This document shows, one piece after another, positions 13,685-27,332 of a stretch of DNA of 64,000 nt. The first letter of the stretch is position 1. Each line of letters begins with the position of its first letter. The notes below the pieces were generated by a model. That model did not search any database. It was given only the letters and a program-made list of their open reading frames with translations, and was not told where the DNA came from. Position numbers and translations under genes: made by a program. This DNA comes from Octopus sinensis (taxonomy: Eukaryota). The DNA is taken from the NCBI RefSeq assembly GCF_006345805.1, contig NC_043003.1, forward strand, positions 116,994,001-117,058,000. Direction: 5' to 3'.

Positions 13685-16600
13685 TTACAGATTTATGCTT
13701 AAAATAGTGTCGTCTTTCATACTGACCATTTTTGCCACTTTTACCCACTTTTTATTAAAACATTCGTTCGACAAAGCCTTCCTCTCTATTCTCATCCTCC
13801 TTTTCAAGTGGTACTTGAAAAAGTTGACGAGAGACTGACCAGGGAGGAAGGTGTTTGTTTGCAGTCCTTTCAAACGCGTCCACCACACACATTCTTTCGC
13901 CATAGCCATCAGCGTAACGAAAACCGTTTTCCCTTCCGTTTAAAGGAAGGTGGTGGAACATATTCACAATAGACTCGGCCGATAGGCGAGCCTGACCTAC
14001 ACGTGACAACAACTGTTCGACGAAGGACCACAGCTCTGAAATATCTGGACACTGCACGAGTGCGTGCAGAACGGTTTCGTCGCTCTGACCGCATCTCGGG
14101 CAGGTCGGTCCGGTGATGGTTTTCGAACCGTGTCTGTAGCTCTTCTCTCGAACAGGTAGTGCGTCTCGATAGCACTGCCAAGCCAGGGATTTCTGGAAGT
14201 TATCCATAGGCCCCGGCCCGAACGTCGTCCTGAACAGGCGGGTTAGGAATTCCTCGTCGACGCCCAGGTTTGCCCCGAGTGTGTCGTCGGACCTCCCCTC
14301 CACTAGTCCTCTATAGAACGCTTTAGTCGTTTGGAAGTTGCACAAGTTTGACCCCGGTCGGCAGAGCTGCTGTAGAGCTTGGCGACACTCTCGGTGCCAA
14401 TCGCCCAGTTTCGGTCTCTTTTTGATCCACGTTTGCAGTTCAGTCAGTGAGACGAGCTGCGGGAAGTCGCGCCTCACAAACGGCGCCCCACCTGTTCACC
14501 GTCGTCGATGAATTTCCAGAGATGTCGCAGTCTCAGCGCATGCCTGCGCATCATCAACCACGGCATGCCCAGTCCTCCATTCAACGGATGTTGACAGCAA
14601 ATGGACTTCCTCACCATCGGAACGCCACCCTTCCACAGGAAGCGGAAGAGTATGCGTTCCAGTTTGATGATGGTGGCGTCGGGACAAGGTACGACGGTCA
14701 GGCGGTAATCGATGACGGATGCGATGTACGCGTTCGCCACCTCCGCCCGGCCTTTTAGAGACAGCTTTCTCTCGGCCCATGTTTGGCTGAGAGCGACCAC
14801 TCTACTCGTGATCTCGTCCCAGTTCTTATCCATTTGGAGGTCCGGACTGAACCAGACCCCGAGCAATTTAACCGGTCCGTCCGTCCAGCGTCCCACTACT
14901 GAGCCGCAGTCGGACGGCATGGGCTTGCTTCTCCAGGTGCCGAGTAGCAAACCCACTGACTTTTCCGGGTTAATCTTTGCTCCCGTCACCGTTTCATATT
15001 TTCTTAGTGTCTCGCCGACCAGCTCGATGTGCTGGTAGCTCGACACTATGACGGTGACATCGTCCGCATATGCCGACACGCTCGTCCCGCAACCCAGTTC
15101 CCGTGGGATGCCCCTCAGTGTCGCCAGCTTCCGCAGTAGCGGCTCGAGAGTCAATACATACAGAAGCGCCGACAGGGGAACACCCTGACGGACCGAACGC
15201 GTGATGTCAAACGGTTTAGAGACAGGTGACCGTTTACCCGAATCACCGATCGGATGCCGCTATACAAGGCAGCGATCCAACCGCGGAAGACGGGACCGAA
15301 GCCAGCCGCCCTGAGGACGGCCGCCAAGTACCGATGGTCGACCCTATCGAAGGCCTTAGACTGATCCAAATTTATCAGCGCCCCACCCATGCCAGGATCC
15401 TTAACTACCCTGTCCACAATGTAGCGCATCAGATGGAGGTTGTCATGTATGGTTCTGCCCGGCACGGCGCATGTTTGCGCCCTGTCGACCAGTTTACCAA
15501 TGACAAGCGCCAACCTCTCGGCTATTACTTTGGCCAAAATTTTCAAATCTGCGTTGAGCAGAGTGATGGGCCTGAAATTATCTATAAAATTCCCCTTGTT
15601 TGAGTCTTTCTTCAGCAACGTCACTGCACCTCGGCTCACGAAACCGGGGATTCTCCCGTTTTGTTGCCAGTTGCAGTAGACTGATGCCAAGAGGTCGCCA
15701 AACAAGTCTGGCATTCGACAATACAGCTCGTAGGGTAAACCATCCAATCCAGGCGACTTATCCCTCGCGCAGCTCGCCATCGCATCCCACACGTCAGCGG
15801 CTGTGATGGGACTTTCACAACACTCCGCCTCTCTTGCCGAGAGCCGCGGCAGGTCGGTCAGGTAGGCACTGAAATCCATCCCTCGTTCCGACCCACCACT
15901 CGCACCAAACAGTCGAGCAAAGTGCTGTTGAAAGGCCTCACACATCCTTTCGGGTTCGAGTAAACTGCATCCCTGTTGATCTATTAGAGACCGAATGGTT
16001 GATCTGTTGCCACGCTGCGCCTCCGCTACCCGGGCCTCTCGCGCAGCTTCACAATCCCTTCGTTCCTTAAGGCACGCATTTTAGCTCTGACGACGCAACC
16101 TTCGTGCTTGGCGTTGAGGTGTTGGTCGAGGGTCATCCTCGCAGCTAGCACGTTGGTTGCGCTGCCAGTGGTAAGTGCCTCTTCTAGTTTCTTAACTAAG
16201 TCTCCCTCTACTCTATTTCGTTCTATCGCTAATTCCTTGCTAAACCTAATTGATTCCGATTTTATTGCCATTTTCAGGGCGTACCACCAGCGGTTGTTAA
16301 CGACCGCTCCCGTCAGCGCCCTCTTAATTAACTCGCTAATCCGGTTCCTGTAAACCTGTCGCGCTAACAGCGACGTGTTCAGTTTCCAGTAACCGGGACC
16401 CTGCCTATGTGTTTTATCTAAGTCGAGCGTACACGTAACAAATTTGTGATCTGTGTAGCTGACTATTTTAAATTGTGGACATCCTACACTATCCTATCTG
16501 CCCTGTCCTGCATAGAATTCTATCTAGATAAGATCTCGACGATCCGACGCGGTTTGTCCAAGTCCACGTTGGCACGTTCGGATGGTCGAGTCGGAACCTG

Positions 16601-17126
16601 TCAGACAAATGGAAACGTCTGAGCAGGTCTTTGAGGCTCTTACACCCCCTTCTATTCCTATCCCTTCCCACATAATCTAGATGCGTGTCCACGGTAGCGT
16701 TCCAATCCCCTACTAACAGTAAAGGTCTAGACGTACAGGAAAACCTCTAGACGTCTGAAGAAATCCGCCCGACCCGTTAAGGACGGTGCATAAACTGCCA
16801 TCAGACGGAATGCACACCCATTTCTGCCATCCACGTCCAAGACAACCAGCCTACCCTCCGGGTCTAGGAATATTGCTCTTACTTTTACCTTTAGACTCTT
16901 TCGAAAAAGCACCGCAGTACCTCCACCACCCATGTTCGGCAGACAGGGAGAAAAATAAATGTCAAATTGATTGCCAAACATGGACTCGAGGGCCCGCGGC
17001 TTACTGAGTCTGGTTTCGCTGATAGCTACTATATCCACGGTCCAGTGACTTGATGTCGTTTAGAAGGTAACCTTGCTTCCAAGCCGACGCCAAGCCACGC
17101 GCATTCACACAACCTAATTTAAGCAT
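13685..17126 (-). pseudogene. Tx1 ORF2: APE endonuclease, reverse transcriptase and Zn finger, broken by several indels
   Basis: ATG at 17126 gives MLKLGCVNARGL. APE motifs DIVAISET, VYAPS, GDWN, YLDRI, YTDHK. RT motifs SPGLDGLPYELY, FRPITLLNADLKILAK, DQSKAFDRVDH, AYADDV. C-terminal CPRCGQSDETVLHALVQC. The last frame is 13685-13909. Confidence 0.92.
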
Positions 17127-17200
17127 ACTTGACATTTACGAAAATTGTGTTTTACACACTATATTAGAAGAGACAAGAGGTAAGAAGTGAGGTCACTTAC

Positions 17201-19076
17201 TCATTTTAAAAGTTTCATTTTTTTCTTTTTCTTTTGTATCGTTTTTGATGAGGTGTTTGTTTTTTTTTTCGACAGGTATCGTTGATACCCGCCTACCGCA
17301 TTCGGAAATAATGTTTTCAGTATGTGGTGTTGTGCTTGTGTTATGTGTAAAATTCTGATGTGTTTCGGTGGTGTGGTGTGCGGATGATTGTTTGTCTTAA
17401 AATCATCTTCACAGACGACCATGTTAGATTTGATGTAGTCCATTAATTCTTTATTGTCTGTGTCTATTGCAGTTAGTTGTGTGTGTGGTTTTACGGGTTC
17501 ATTACTTTTTTGATTGTCTAGGGGAATGTTGTCCTGAGTGAGATATCTCCCTGCTTTAATTCCTTGTTTGGTGGATTTTTTGGATCTTTTTCTTTTACCC
17601 CCTGTGGCTATTTGCCATTCCGTCGAACTTTCGTCGTCCGACGTATCAGTATGGGGTAGAGGAAAAAGAACAGGATCACTATGTATGCTTGTATAAATTG
17701 TTGATGTTTTGTGCGGTGTTTGTGTTGTTGTGGTGTTAGGGGTAGCATTTGTCTTCTCGTCAGTGTTTTCTGTCTTTTTAATTGTCGTCCTGAGTGTGGG
17801 TGTGGGTCGATTTTTTGAAGATTCAACAAGTTTAATTGGTTGTGACGTCAACGGTGATTGTGTTGGTACTGTTTTTATTGGTGATGTTGTTGGGGTTTGT
17901 TTGCTGGTTTGTTGTTTTTGTTGGCGTTGTTCCATAATTGAGTGTGTTGGTGTTGGTGTTGGCAACAAAGGGATTTTATTTGTTTTCTGAATTGTTCTTT
18001 CTTGTTTTTTCTGTACCAGATCGCACTTGGCAATCAAATGTTCGGGGCTGCCACATTTGTAGCATCTAGGCTTTTTGCCTTCTGCCATAACATATAGGCA
18101 TTGCCCATTCTCCAAGTATATCTTGTCGGGTAGGCTCTCGATAGAGGCCCCCTCAATCTGGATGGTCACAACTACTGTTTTTCCACCCCAATTGTCGTTT
18201 AGGTACACGGCTGTTTCTAGAATATTGATCTTTTTCAAGTGGTAACAGATTGCCCCTGTTATCCATTTGTTCGGCATATCGGGGGGTACATTTCTGATAG
18301 TAATTCTACTCACCCTCTGGTTTTTATAATAAGGGACCATGATGATTTCATCATTTCCCAGAGACTCAGTAGAGTGAGCTTTTGCCACTTCCTGGTTAGG
18401 AAGCGGACCACTACTGTGTTAAACTGGGGACCCCAGTTTATATACTCTTTTTCTTTCATTATGTTTTTTAAACATTTCTCCACATCAATTTTTGTAATCT
18501 GTTCATTTGGTTTTTTGTTTTTTCTAATAATTTATATACAATTGTCTTATTTTCAATTTCTTGTTTTATATGTTGAGGTGTATGCAGGACTAAATCTTGT
18601 CCACGGGTTGTAAAGAGAGCTCTTGTTTCTATGAGCTCTTCATTTGTGAATGTAACAATCTCCTTTTTCTGGCGAAGAATATCTGCGAAATTTACTGTTG
18701 TTGACTTTTTTGTATTGGCATCTTCACTATTAGATAGTTCATTTTTATTGTTGTTCTTGTTGTTGCTGTTGTTTTTGTCAATAGTTTTCGTTTCAGTTTT
18801 ATTTTTATCATTTATGTTGGTCGTGGTAGTGGTGTTGGTGGTGGTGGTGGAGGTGGTGGTGGTAGCAGTTGTTGTCTCGTGGTTGCTGTTGTTAGTGGTG
18901 GTGGTGGCGGTGGTGACAGGGCTGTTAACGCACGTGGTTGCAGCGTTCCTTTCACCGAATTTCACGTTTGCATTTTCCGTGCGAACGTTCTTTTTTTTCT
19001 CTGTCGTTTCCAGACTAGGAAAATGTTGTTCCAAAAAAGAACGCGACCAGCGTTCAACAATAAAATTTCTAGACAT
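17201..19076 (-). pseudogene. Tx1 ORF1 (gag-like nucleic-acid-binding protein), split by frameshifts near 18390-18470
   Basis: ORFs 18468-19076 and 17201-18388. Motifs RITIRNVPPDM (RRM-like) and CYKCGSPEHLIAKC (CX2CX4HX4C zinc knuckle). Confidence 0.85.
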
Positions 19077-19276
19077 TTTCTAATGTCGAGAAGAAAATAA
19101 CAGAAATGAAATGGGGTCGAAACTGCCCCTAGGGGCGAATTTCTCCCTTGGAAAAGCACTCAAATGAAAGTTGGTTGCCTTACACACCTTATTTGCAAAA
19201 ATCTACACAAAAATTGGCCTATAAATAGTCAAAATAAATGATTACCTTCGGAGCTGAAACGACATCACATCCGTCA

Positions 19277-19357
<81 letters not shown>

Positions 19358-19875
19358 GAGATAGATAGATAGACAGGCAGATAGATAGACAGATAGATAG
19401 ATATAGATACATATATATAAATACATACACACACATACATATAAATTCATATATACATGTGTGTGTGTATGTGTGTGTACGTATATGCATATATATGTAT
19501 CTGTATATATGTGAATACATGTATGCATTTATCTATGTATTGTAACGCACTCGTCTTGCAGCGAATTCCAATTCAGATATAGACTAGCATCTCTCTTGTT
19601 CCGCACACGATGCTTCTGCCATTGTTGAGCGGATCTGTAGTTATTTTTCCCAACTAAATCGGCTTATCTAACCCTTTTAGTTAATTGAAAATATGGCACC
19701 GATTCTATTCTATATAAATACGTGTGCACGTAAATATTTCATAAGATAGAATCTGTGTTTGTATATATGAGCGTGTATATTAACGTGTGCATCGGCGTAG
19801 TATTAAATCACGCCTGAAAAGTGTGTGCTCATGTGTGTGTGTGTGTGTTTGCATGTGTGTGCGCACGCGTGATTT

Positions 19876-19907
<32 letters not shown>

Positions 19908-20070
19908 CTATGTATATACATGATATAGATGTATACGCCCATACGCCCTTACACATATATATCCGTTTATTTCATAATATTACAGAGTTAGTCTAAAGCA
20001 TATTTGATCGTATCTATCTACTTCTCTCTCCCTCTATATGTAAATATATATATATATATATAGATAGATA

Positions 20071-20107
<37 letters not shown>

Positions 20108-21126
20108 CTATTACAATTGTGTGTGTATGTGTTGTATAAAATCATGCATAAGAAAAGAGAGAGAGAGAGAGAGAAAGTGAGACATAGACAGAGAGAAAGA
20201 GAAGCATGGAGGATGATATAGAAAATTAAATATTTGGAGAATCTTTCGGCTGTATTGTTTGTAGAATTACTATGAATGAAATCCCACCAAACAGCTTAGA
20301 TTAAGTTTACCTTTTACTTCCCTCACGTTCCATTAGAAATTATCTCTGGTTCTTATTTCACTCTGATATGCTCCCATTGATGTTTGCAAAACAGCCTTAC
20401 AGGACTTCAGAGATTCCGCCATCTTCTGGCAGACGATCACAATGATCGTCTGCCATTTGATAGCCGTCGGATCGTTTCTTTTATATTTTTCCTATTTCAT
20501 CCTTTGGATTCGCCCATGCTGGAGCTTTGCTACAGAAGGTTTTAATCGTATATATCCACACCATTCCTCATTTTATTTTATCTTTTTATCTTTTTTGTCG
20601 CGCTTATTCTATCAGTCTGCTTTGCCGAACTTCTATATTACAAGGTTGTAAACAAATCATCACAGGTTGTCAGTCACAAAGATACTCACAAATAGGCACA
20701 TATACATGCATGTACACATGCATATATGAGTCCGTGTGTGTGCGCTTGTGTGTGTATGTGTTTGTATGTATATTCATACTACGTGTTCTCACACCTGCCA
20801 AATTCACTCGGAGGCTTTGGTCGACCCAGAGTTAGAGTAGACGAGATTTTCCCAAGGCGTAATGACATTGAAACCGAAACCACGGTGTTGTAAAACGAGG
20901 TTCTGAACCACACAATCATATCTCACCTATTTCCTTTTTTTCCTTCTTTTTTTTCTTGTGAAACTTTCAACATTACAGTGTGTGGGACGAAGCTTGCTTC
21001 CCAACCACATGGTTCTGGGTTCAGTCTCATCGCGTGGCACCTTGATCGAGTGTCTTTTACTATAAACTTGAATCGACAAAAGTTTTGCGAGTGAATCTGG
21101 TAGACGGAAACTGAAAGAAGCCCGTC

Positions 21127-21157
<31 letters not shown>

Positions 21158-21964
21158 TATCGCTGTTGGCGTGCTTTGTTTCCGTAGCTTAATAAGATAA
21201 TGGCAAAAGATAAGGATAGAATAAGTACCACTCTTTAAAAACTAATTCTTCAAGGCAGTGCCCCACTATGGCTGCAGACTGAAATAAGGAAAAAATAAGA
21301 AATATAAAATCAACACTAGCGTTTTACTCCTTTTAATTTTCCTAAATATTGCAACCAAATAAGCACCAAATCTTTTAACTAGAAACGTTTATTCAGCCAG
21401 AGATCAGTGAGAGCTTGGAAATTGAAGAATTCTTCAAGGCTGCTGGAGACTTCAACAATTTTTTCTCTCAGAACATGAGAAGTATTTGCACGTGGTCGAT
21501 ACATCTTTGCAGCATGACTTATTTGACGGATTTTATTTTCAGATAATTTAAGTTCTTTAACAACAAAGAAATACAATATCCATGATGTGAAGTTAGAAAT
21601 AGAACGGTGCCTATAAAACAGCCTTTTTCATAATTTCCACGTGAATATATAACAAGTTCTAGGCGAGTGCGATGCAGTGATATAAATTTTAATGGACATC
21701 TGAAAGGTCAGGCACCGTTAAAACAAATTTACACCAACAATATATCAGAAACAAAGTCTAATCTTCTTTACCTTTTTTTTTGCTTGCTTCAGTCATTAGT
21801 GTGCAAACATGCAATCGGACGAATCGGTCTCAGAATTTGTTTTTAACCCTGGTACTTATTCCATAAGACTCTTTTGACGAACCGCTAAGTTACGTGTCGG
21901 TAAACATACCATTCGTTGTCAAGCGGGCAGTGGCAGAAAACAAGACACACACACACTCGCTCAG

Positions 21965-22330
<366 letters not shown>

Positions 22331-22781
22331 GACAGACAGACAGAGAGACAAGTAGATGGGTTTGTTTCAGTCAGTGTCTACTACTGACACGCCTTTAGTC
22401 GGGGCCCAGAGATACTGTTGGAGACATTTGCAAAGGGTGCCATGCAATGGGGCTGAACCCGGGATCATATGGGTGGGGAGCAAACTCCTTACCACACAGC
22501 CACTCCTCTGTTTCGAATTATTATTCTTCCTATTTGTTTGTTTTTGTTATATTTTTCTTTCACACAGATTTTTAAAATTCTTTAATTATTTTAATCGCTT
22601 CAGTTATTTGACTGCGGCCATGATGGAGCAGCGCCTTTAGTCGAATACATTGACCCCAGGTCTTATTCCTTGTAAGCCTGTTCCATTGGTCACTTTTGCC
22701 GAACCGCTACGGGGGCGTAAACACATCAACATCGGTTGTCAAGCGATGGTGGGGGGACTAACACAGATACACAAACATATA

Positions 22782-22855
<74 letters not shown>

Positions 22856-22864
<9 letters not shown>

Positions 22865-23586
22865 TTAATAAGGGTGAGAGAATTAGATACTAATTTAATA
22901 GTATACCTATTCAACACCAAGTGGCCAGTGCCCCGAGAAACCTGGATTATTATAATATTTTATAACATATTATAATATTTTATAAAAATAAATATAAGAG
23001 AGTGGTCACTATGTGGCTCACTCTAGCACTAGTAAATCCAAAAGGTTTCAACCACAAAAATACATGTTTCCCATGAAAGTCAGTACGATTGTTAGCTCAC
23101 ACGAACGGGGCAAATAAAAAATAACAAAAATACAGATTATTTTGGGACAATTGTTTCGCTATTAATGAATTAAATGTAATTTTACTCACAAAAACTCACT
23201 TGTAGCTCCTCAGCCAAAACTATCTGGATGAAATCCACTCAATCACACGCTAGATTTTACCATAACGATAAATACACGTGTGGTTCAATTGATTACATCC
23301 GACGTTATAATTCAAATGCCCCTACCAACAGCGCGCCAAACTTTCACGGAAACAAATACTACATTTAGAAATAAATGTAGCATAATTATAATTAATTAAT
23401 AAGGGTGAGAGAATTAGATACTAATTTAAAAGTATACCTATTCAACACCAAGTGGCCAGTGCCCCGAGAAACCTGGATTATTATAATATTTTATAACATA
23501 TTATAATATTTTATAAAAATAAATATAAGAGAGTGGTCACTATGTGGCTCACTCTAGCACTAGTAAATCCAAAAGGTTTCAACCAC
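22856..23586 (-). mobile_element. HHR mini-element with 200-bp direct terminal repeats (period 531 nt)
   Basis: 22856-23055 is repeated at 23387-23586. An HHR lies between the repeats, and the 3' end (22856) joins (TA)n. Confidence 0.8.
23140..23219 (-). ncRNA. Type I hammerhead ribozyme (GUC)
   Basis: Minus strand: ttttgg-CTGAGGA-gcta...tagc-GAAAC-aatt-GTC-ccaaaa; palindromic ACAATTGT. Confidence 0.88.
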
Positions 23587-23897
23587 CGCTGTTTAGCCCT
23601 AGGAAGCATCGAACGCTTCCTGTCGACTTTGACACATTTTCTGTGTCCTTATATTTGTGAAGGGGAGGCACCTCAATCAGCAGATCTCACTATCCTGGGC
23701 TGATGATGGGTTAAGACCTAGAAACATGCATGTCCTCAGGTGTGAATCTTGGCTGGTGGGAGTGCTTGCCTCCACAAATATAAGGACACAGAAAATGTGT
23801 CAAAGCCGACAGGAAGCTTTCGATGCTTCCTAGGGCTAAACAGCGGTGGTGTAATTCCCATACGGTACTGTCACGTTAAGTTAACAGTATACAACCA
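23582..23897 (+). mobile_element. Second HHR mini-element family with about 85-bp inverted arms (23582-23668 / 23766-23850)
   Basis: The arms are reverse complements and the HHR is in the loop. A related copy lies at about 49150-49350. Confidence 0.75.
23694..23740 (+). ncRNA. Type I hammerhead ribozyme (GUC after 23734)
   Basis: cctggg-CTGATGA-tgggt-taag-accta-GAAAC-atgcat-GTC-ctcagg; all three stems pair. Confidence 0.92.
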
Positions 23898-23928
<31 letters not shown>

Positions 23929-24250
23929 CATATATATACAAGACAGGCTTCTTTCAGTCCACTCACAAGGCTTTGGTCGGTCTCAGGCTATAGTAGAAAC
24001 CACTTGCCTTAGGTGCCATGCAGTGGGACTGAACACGGAACCATGTCGTTGGGAATCAAGCTTCTTACTACACAGTCACGCCTGCGCCTATAGATGTGGA
24101 ACCTTAATATAGGAATGCATTAAAAACTATTAAAACTGTATAAATGAAGAAAGTGAAAGACTCTTTATAGAAATTGTCGTTTTTCACAGAAAGCTTTTCT
24201 ATGTTTTAATTATGATGTTTGTAAATTTGCCACTTAAAAACAATATGTAT

Positions 24251-24672
24251 GGATCTTTTCGGTTTGAACGGCAGTTTGTAACATAATTTCTAGGTAACTA
24301 AAAAATTTTAAACTTCGTATACTGGTAGAATGTGTTTATAAAACATCTTTTTCTCTTGGCTTTATTGAGAAAATTCCAAAGTTTGTAAGATATTTGTTGT
24401 TTTTTTTTCAATTTCTGCAATTTCAACCAATCAATTACGTCTATTGAGGTAAAAAAAATATTCTGTGCCGTATGAATATGTCCCTCGTTTAAGAAACAGA
24501 TTGGGTTTATTTACATTTGTGAAGAAAAAAAGATACCCTTCCCCCACCCCTAAACCTAACCCTAACCCTAAAACAGACAGAAATGCAATAGATCGATACT
24601 AGGGTCATCATTATGGGTGACAATTTCATATGACACCGCTAGGAAAAACTGCCGTTCAAACCGAAAAGATCC
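24251..24672. mobile_element. MITE with 27-bp TIRs and 8-bp TSD (Merlin-like candidate)
   Basis: TIR ggatcttttcggtttgaacggcagttt matches rc at 24646-24672. ATATGTAT occurs at 24243-24250 and 24673-24680. Internal cctaaacctaaccctaacccta. Confidence 0.88.
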
Positions 24673-25939
24673 ATATGTATTCCCGAAAGTTAGCGAAAAT
24701 AATAGTGAAATAATAAAATATGATGACGTTGCGCATCCGTAGATACTCCTTGACTTTCAGATACAAAGCTGCTAAGCATGGTGAAAGATTTTAGAGTCAT
24801 TCCATCTTTGTAACTTGAATGCCAGGAAGACTTTCTGAAGACTATGGAGAAATCTATGCCTTCGGCTCAAAACTTCTGGGTCATCAACGGTCTTTCTAAG
24901 GCTCTGGATCGGAGATGAAGGCCATTTATGGAAGCTGTCTTCATTCTGTTGCAGGAATTTGTTCACATTGCACTGATATAAAGACATCCTGAGAGGTATA
25001 TATGTGTGTGTGTTTATGTGTGACTGTGCGCATGTGTGTGCGTGTGTGTGTGTTGATGTGTGCGTATGTGGAGGAGATTGTATAAATGTGGAGGAGGGTA
25101 TAAGGGTAAGATTCCGTCTACCAATTTCACTAAAGAGGGTTTGTTACAAACTGAATTGAGTGTGGCATGATGGGAACCGATACGTCCCCACATGGTTGCA
25201 ACACGAAACACGAAATCAAATGTCTATGTATCCATGGAAATCCACGTCATCAATTTGTACAGTGTCTCACAAATCGATGAACACACGAAATAATATAAAC
25301 ATATATTTATGATTTATTTTCTTATTTGAAAACTAGTCCAAAATTGTTAATACTAATTTCGAATACGCTACATTTCATGCCGCCTTCTTTTACTTTATTT
25401 TCTGTTCAGCATCTTATCTGGAAATTTATCACAATTCAGAACATTCTTGACAATTTCTCTGTACATAGTTATATACCAAGATAATAGCTGGCTGAACCTC
25501 ATGAGAATGTACTAGACGGTCAGGTGATATTTCACTTTTAGTATTTGTCAACCAAATAAAAATACATTAGTGTTCTACTTACTCTCCGTTGTTGCTATCA
25601 TAGTCAACACCAACAATAACAACAGTATCAATATGTCAGCCAAAGCTTTAAGGTCAACAACTACAAAGTCCACGACAGCAACAACAATTCAAAACGGCAT
25701 CAGCCTCCTCCGCTAGCATCATTTGTAACTTGAACTTCTTGTTATATATTGTCTTATGTTCTTCTTTGTATATTTCTATTATTTGCCTTCGTAATATTAG
25801 TCAGAAGAAGGATATTGTTATTGCGCTCGCAATATTATTAGCCTTACCTCATTACTGAAATTTCTCCAGAGATTGAAGCTTCCAAGATAAGCAATGAACA
25901 TTGGTCATTGTACAAAGGCGTACGATAGAAATGGATAAG

Positions 25940-25975
<36 letters not shown>

Positions 25976-26215
25976 TGCGTGGGGTGGAGATGGAGAGAAG
26001 GTGTATTTATGTGTTTTAGTGAATGAGAAAGGAAGAGGAGTAAGAGGAGAAGGAGAGAGAAAGATAGTGGCAGTATATGTGGGTAGGAGAATATTAAATT
26101 AGAAGATATAACTAAAAAAAAAAAAATGAAGGAATTGGTAAAAAAAAAAGTAAAGAAAAACAAAAGATGGAAACAAAGCGAATGTGAAATAATATATATT
26201 CTTAGGTGCGCTTGA

Positions 26216-26246
<31 letters not shown>

Positions 26247-26307
26247 ATATATGTATATGTGCGTGTGTGTGTGTACGTATATGCATGTATACATATTCAT
26301 ATGCGTG

Positions 26308-26355
<48 letters not shown>

Positions 26356-26433
26356 ATATATATATATTATATATGTATATATACACATGTATATATATAT
26401 ACATATATAATACAGACACTTATAGATATTACA

Positions 26434-26471
<38 letters not shown>

Positions 26472-27247
26472 CAAATATTACGCATATGTGTGTGTAATGT
26501 ATATATATTATATATATATTTATATATTTATATATACATTGCATATAGATATATATATATATATATATATACATGTATATATATATATATATATTGCATA
26601 TATAAATATATATATATATTTATTATACATTGCATATATATATATTTATATATAAATATTTATATATGCATTGCATATATATATATTATATATAAATATT
26701 TATATATGCATTGCATATATATATATTATATATATGTGCGTATGTATAAACATATACATAGGTACATAAGACATGCATACACACATGCACAAGTTCACAC
26801 ACACGCACACGCACACACACACGCACACACACACACGCACGCACCTTCATGTACGAACATTAGCAAATGAAACGACCGAAGTACGACCTTAGTATAATAT
26901 TTACTCATCTTTCAGTTGTCAAATAATTCCCTTTACTGCCTTTCTCCATCAACACGCATGAATGTCTATCGCCAATACACAAACACACACACACACACAT
27001 GGGTGTATATATGTGGGCGTCTGTGCGCGCGTGTATGTGTGTGTATATGTGTGTATATGTGTGTGTGTGTATATGTGAATGTTTTATAGTGTATTATGTT
27101 TCGTGTAGTTTGTGTATGTGCAGATTAATATATATACATATCTAAATTATATTATCATTATAACCATCGTTTTCGCTGCTGCTCTTCGATTTCTTGCTGT
27201 GGTTTCTGGTCTTCATGATATTGATAAGAAAAATAATAAGGAAAGCT

Positions 27248-27332
<85 letters not shown>

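Larger units (their letters stand above)
13385..19276 (-). mobile_element. Near full-length Tx1/L1-clade non-LTR retrotransposon (two ORFs, frameshifted)
   Basis: ORF1 has a CCHC knuckle and ORF2 has APE, RT and C-terminal Zn motifs. A minus-strand AATAAA (13390-13395) is followed after 5 nt by (ATCT)n, and the 5' end abuts (ATCT)n at 19277. Confidence 0.93.

Noticed and set aside
20427-20455. Perfect 13-bp hairpin tggcagacgatca-caa-tgatcgtctgcca
   Set aside because: Isolated, with no second copy or functional context in the window.
21379-21576. 65-aa ORF with LRR-like LKLSENKI and LTDLWLN
   Set aside because: Too short, spacing is not a regular LRR, and there is no convincing exon context.
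22856-23586. CRISPR-like interpretation of the direct repeats
   Set aside because: Only two long repeats in a eukaryotic context, with no repeat-spacer array.
24548-24572. Telomere remnant
   Set aside because: It lies inside a TIR-bounded MITE, so it is element-internal.
24772-25930. Possible minus-strand exons (donor GAG|GTAAGG at 25848; acceptor ctctcAG|G at 24988; 71-aa ORF)
   Set aside because: The splice signals are plausible but the peptide is unrecognisable and there is no expression evidence.
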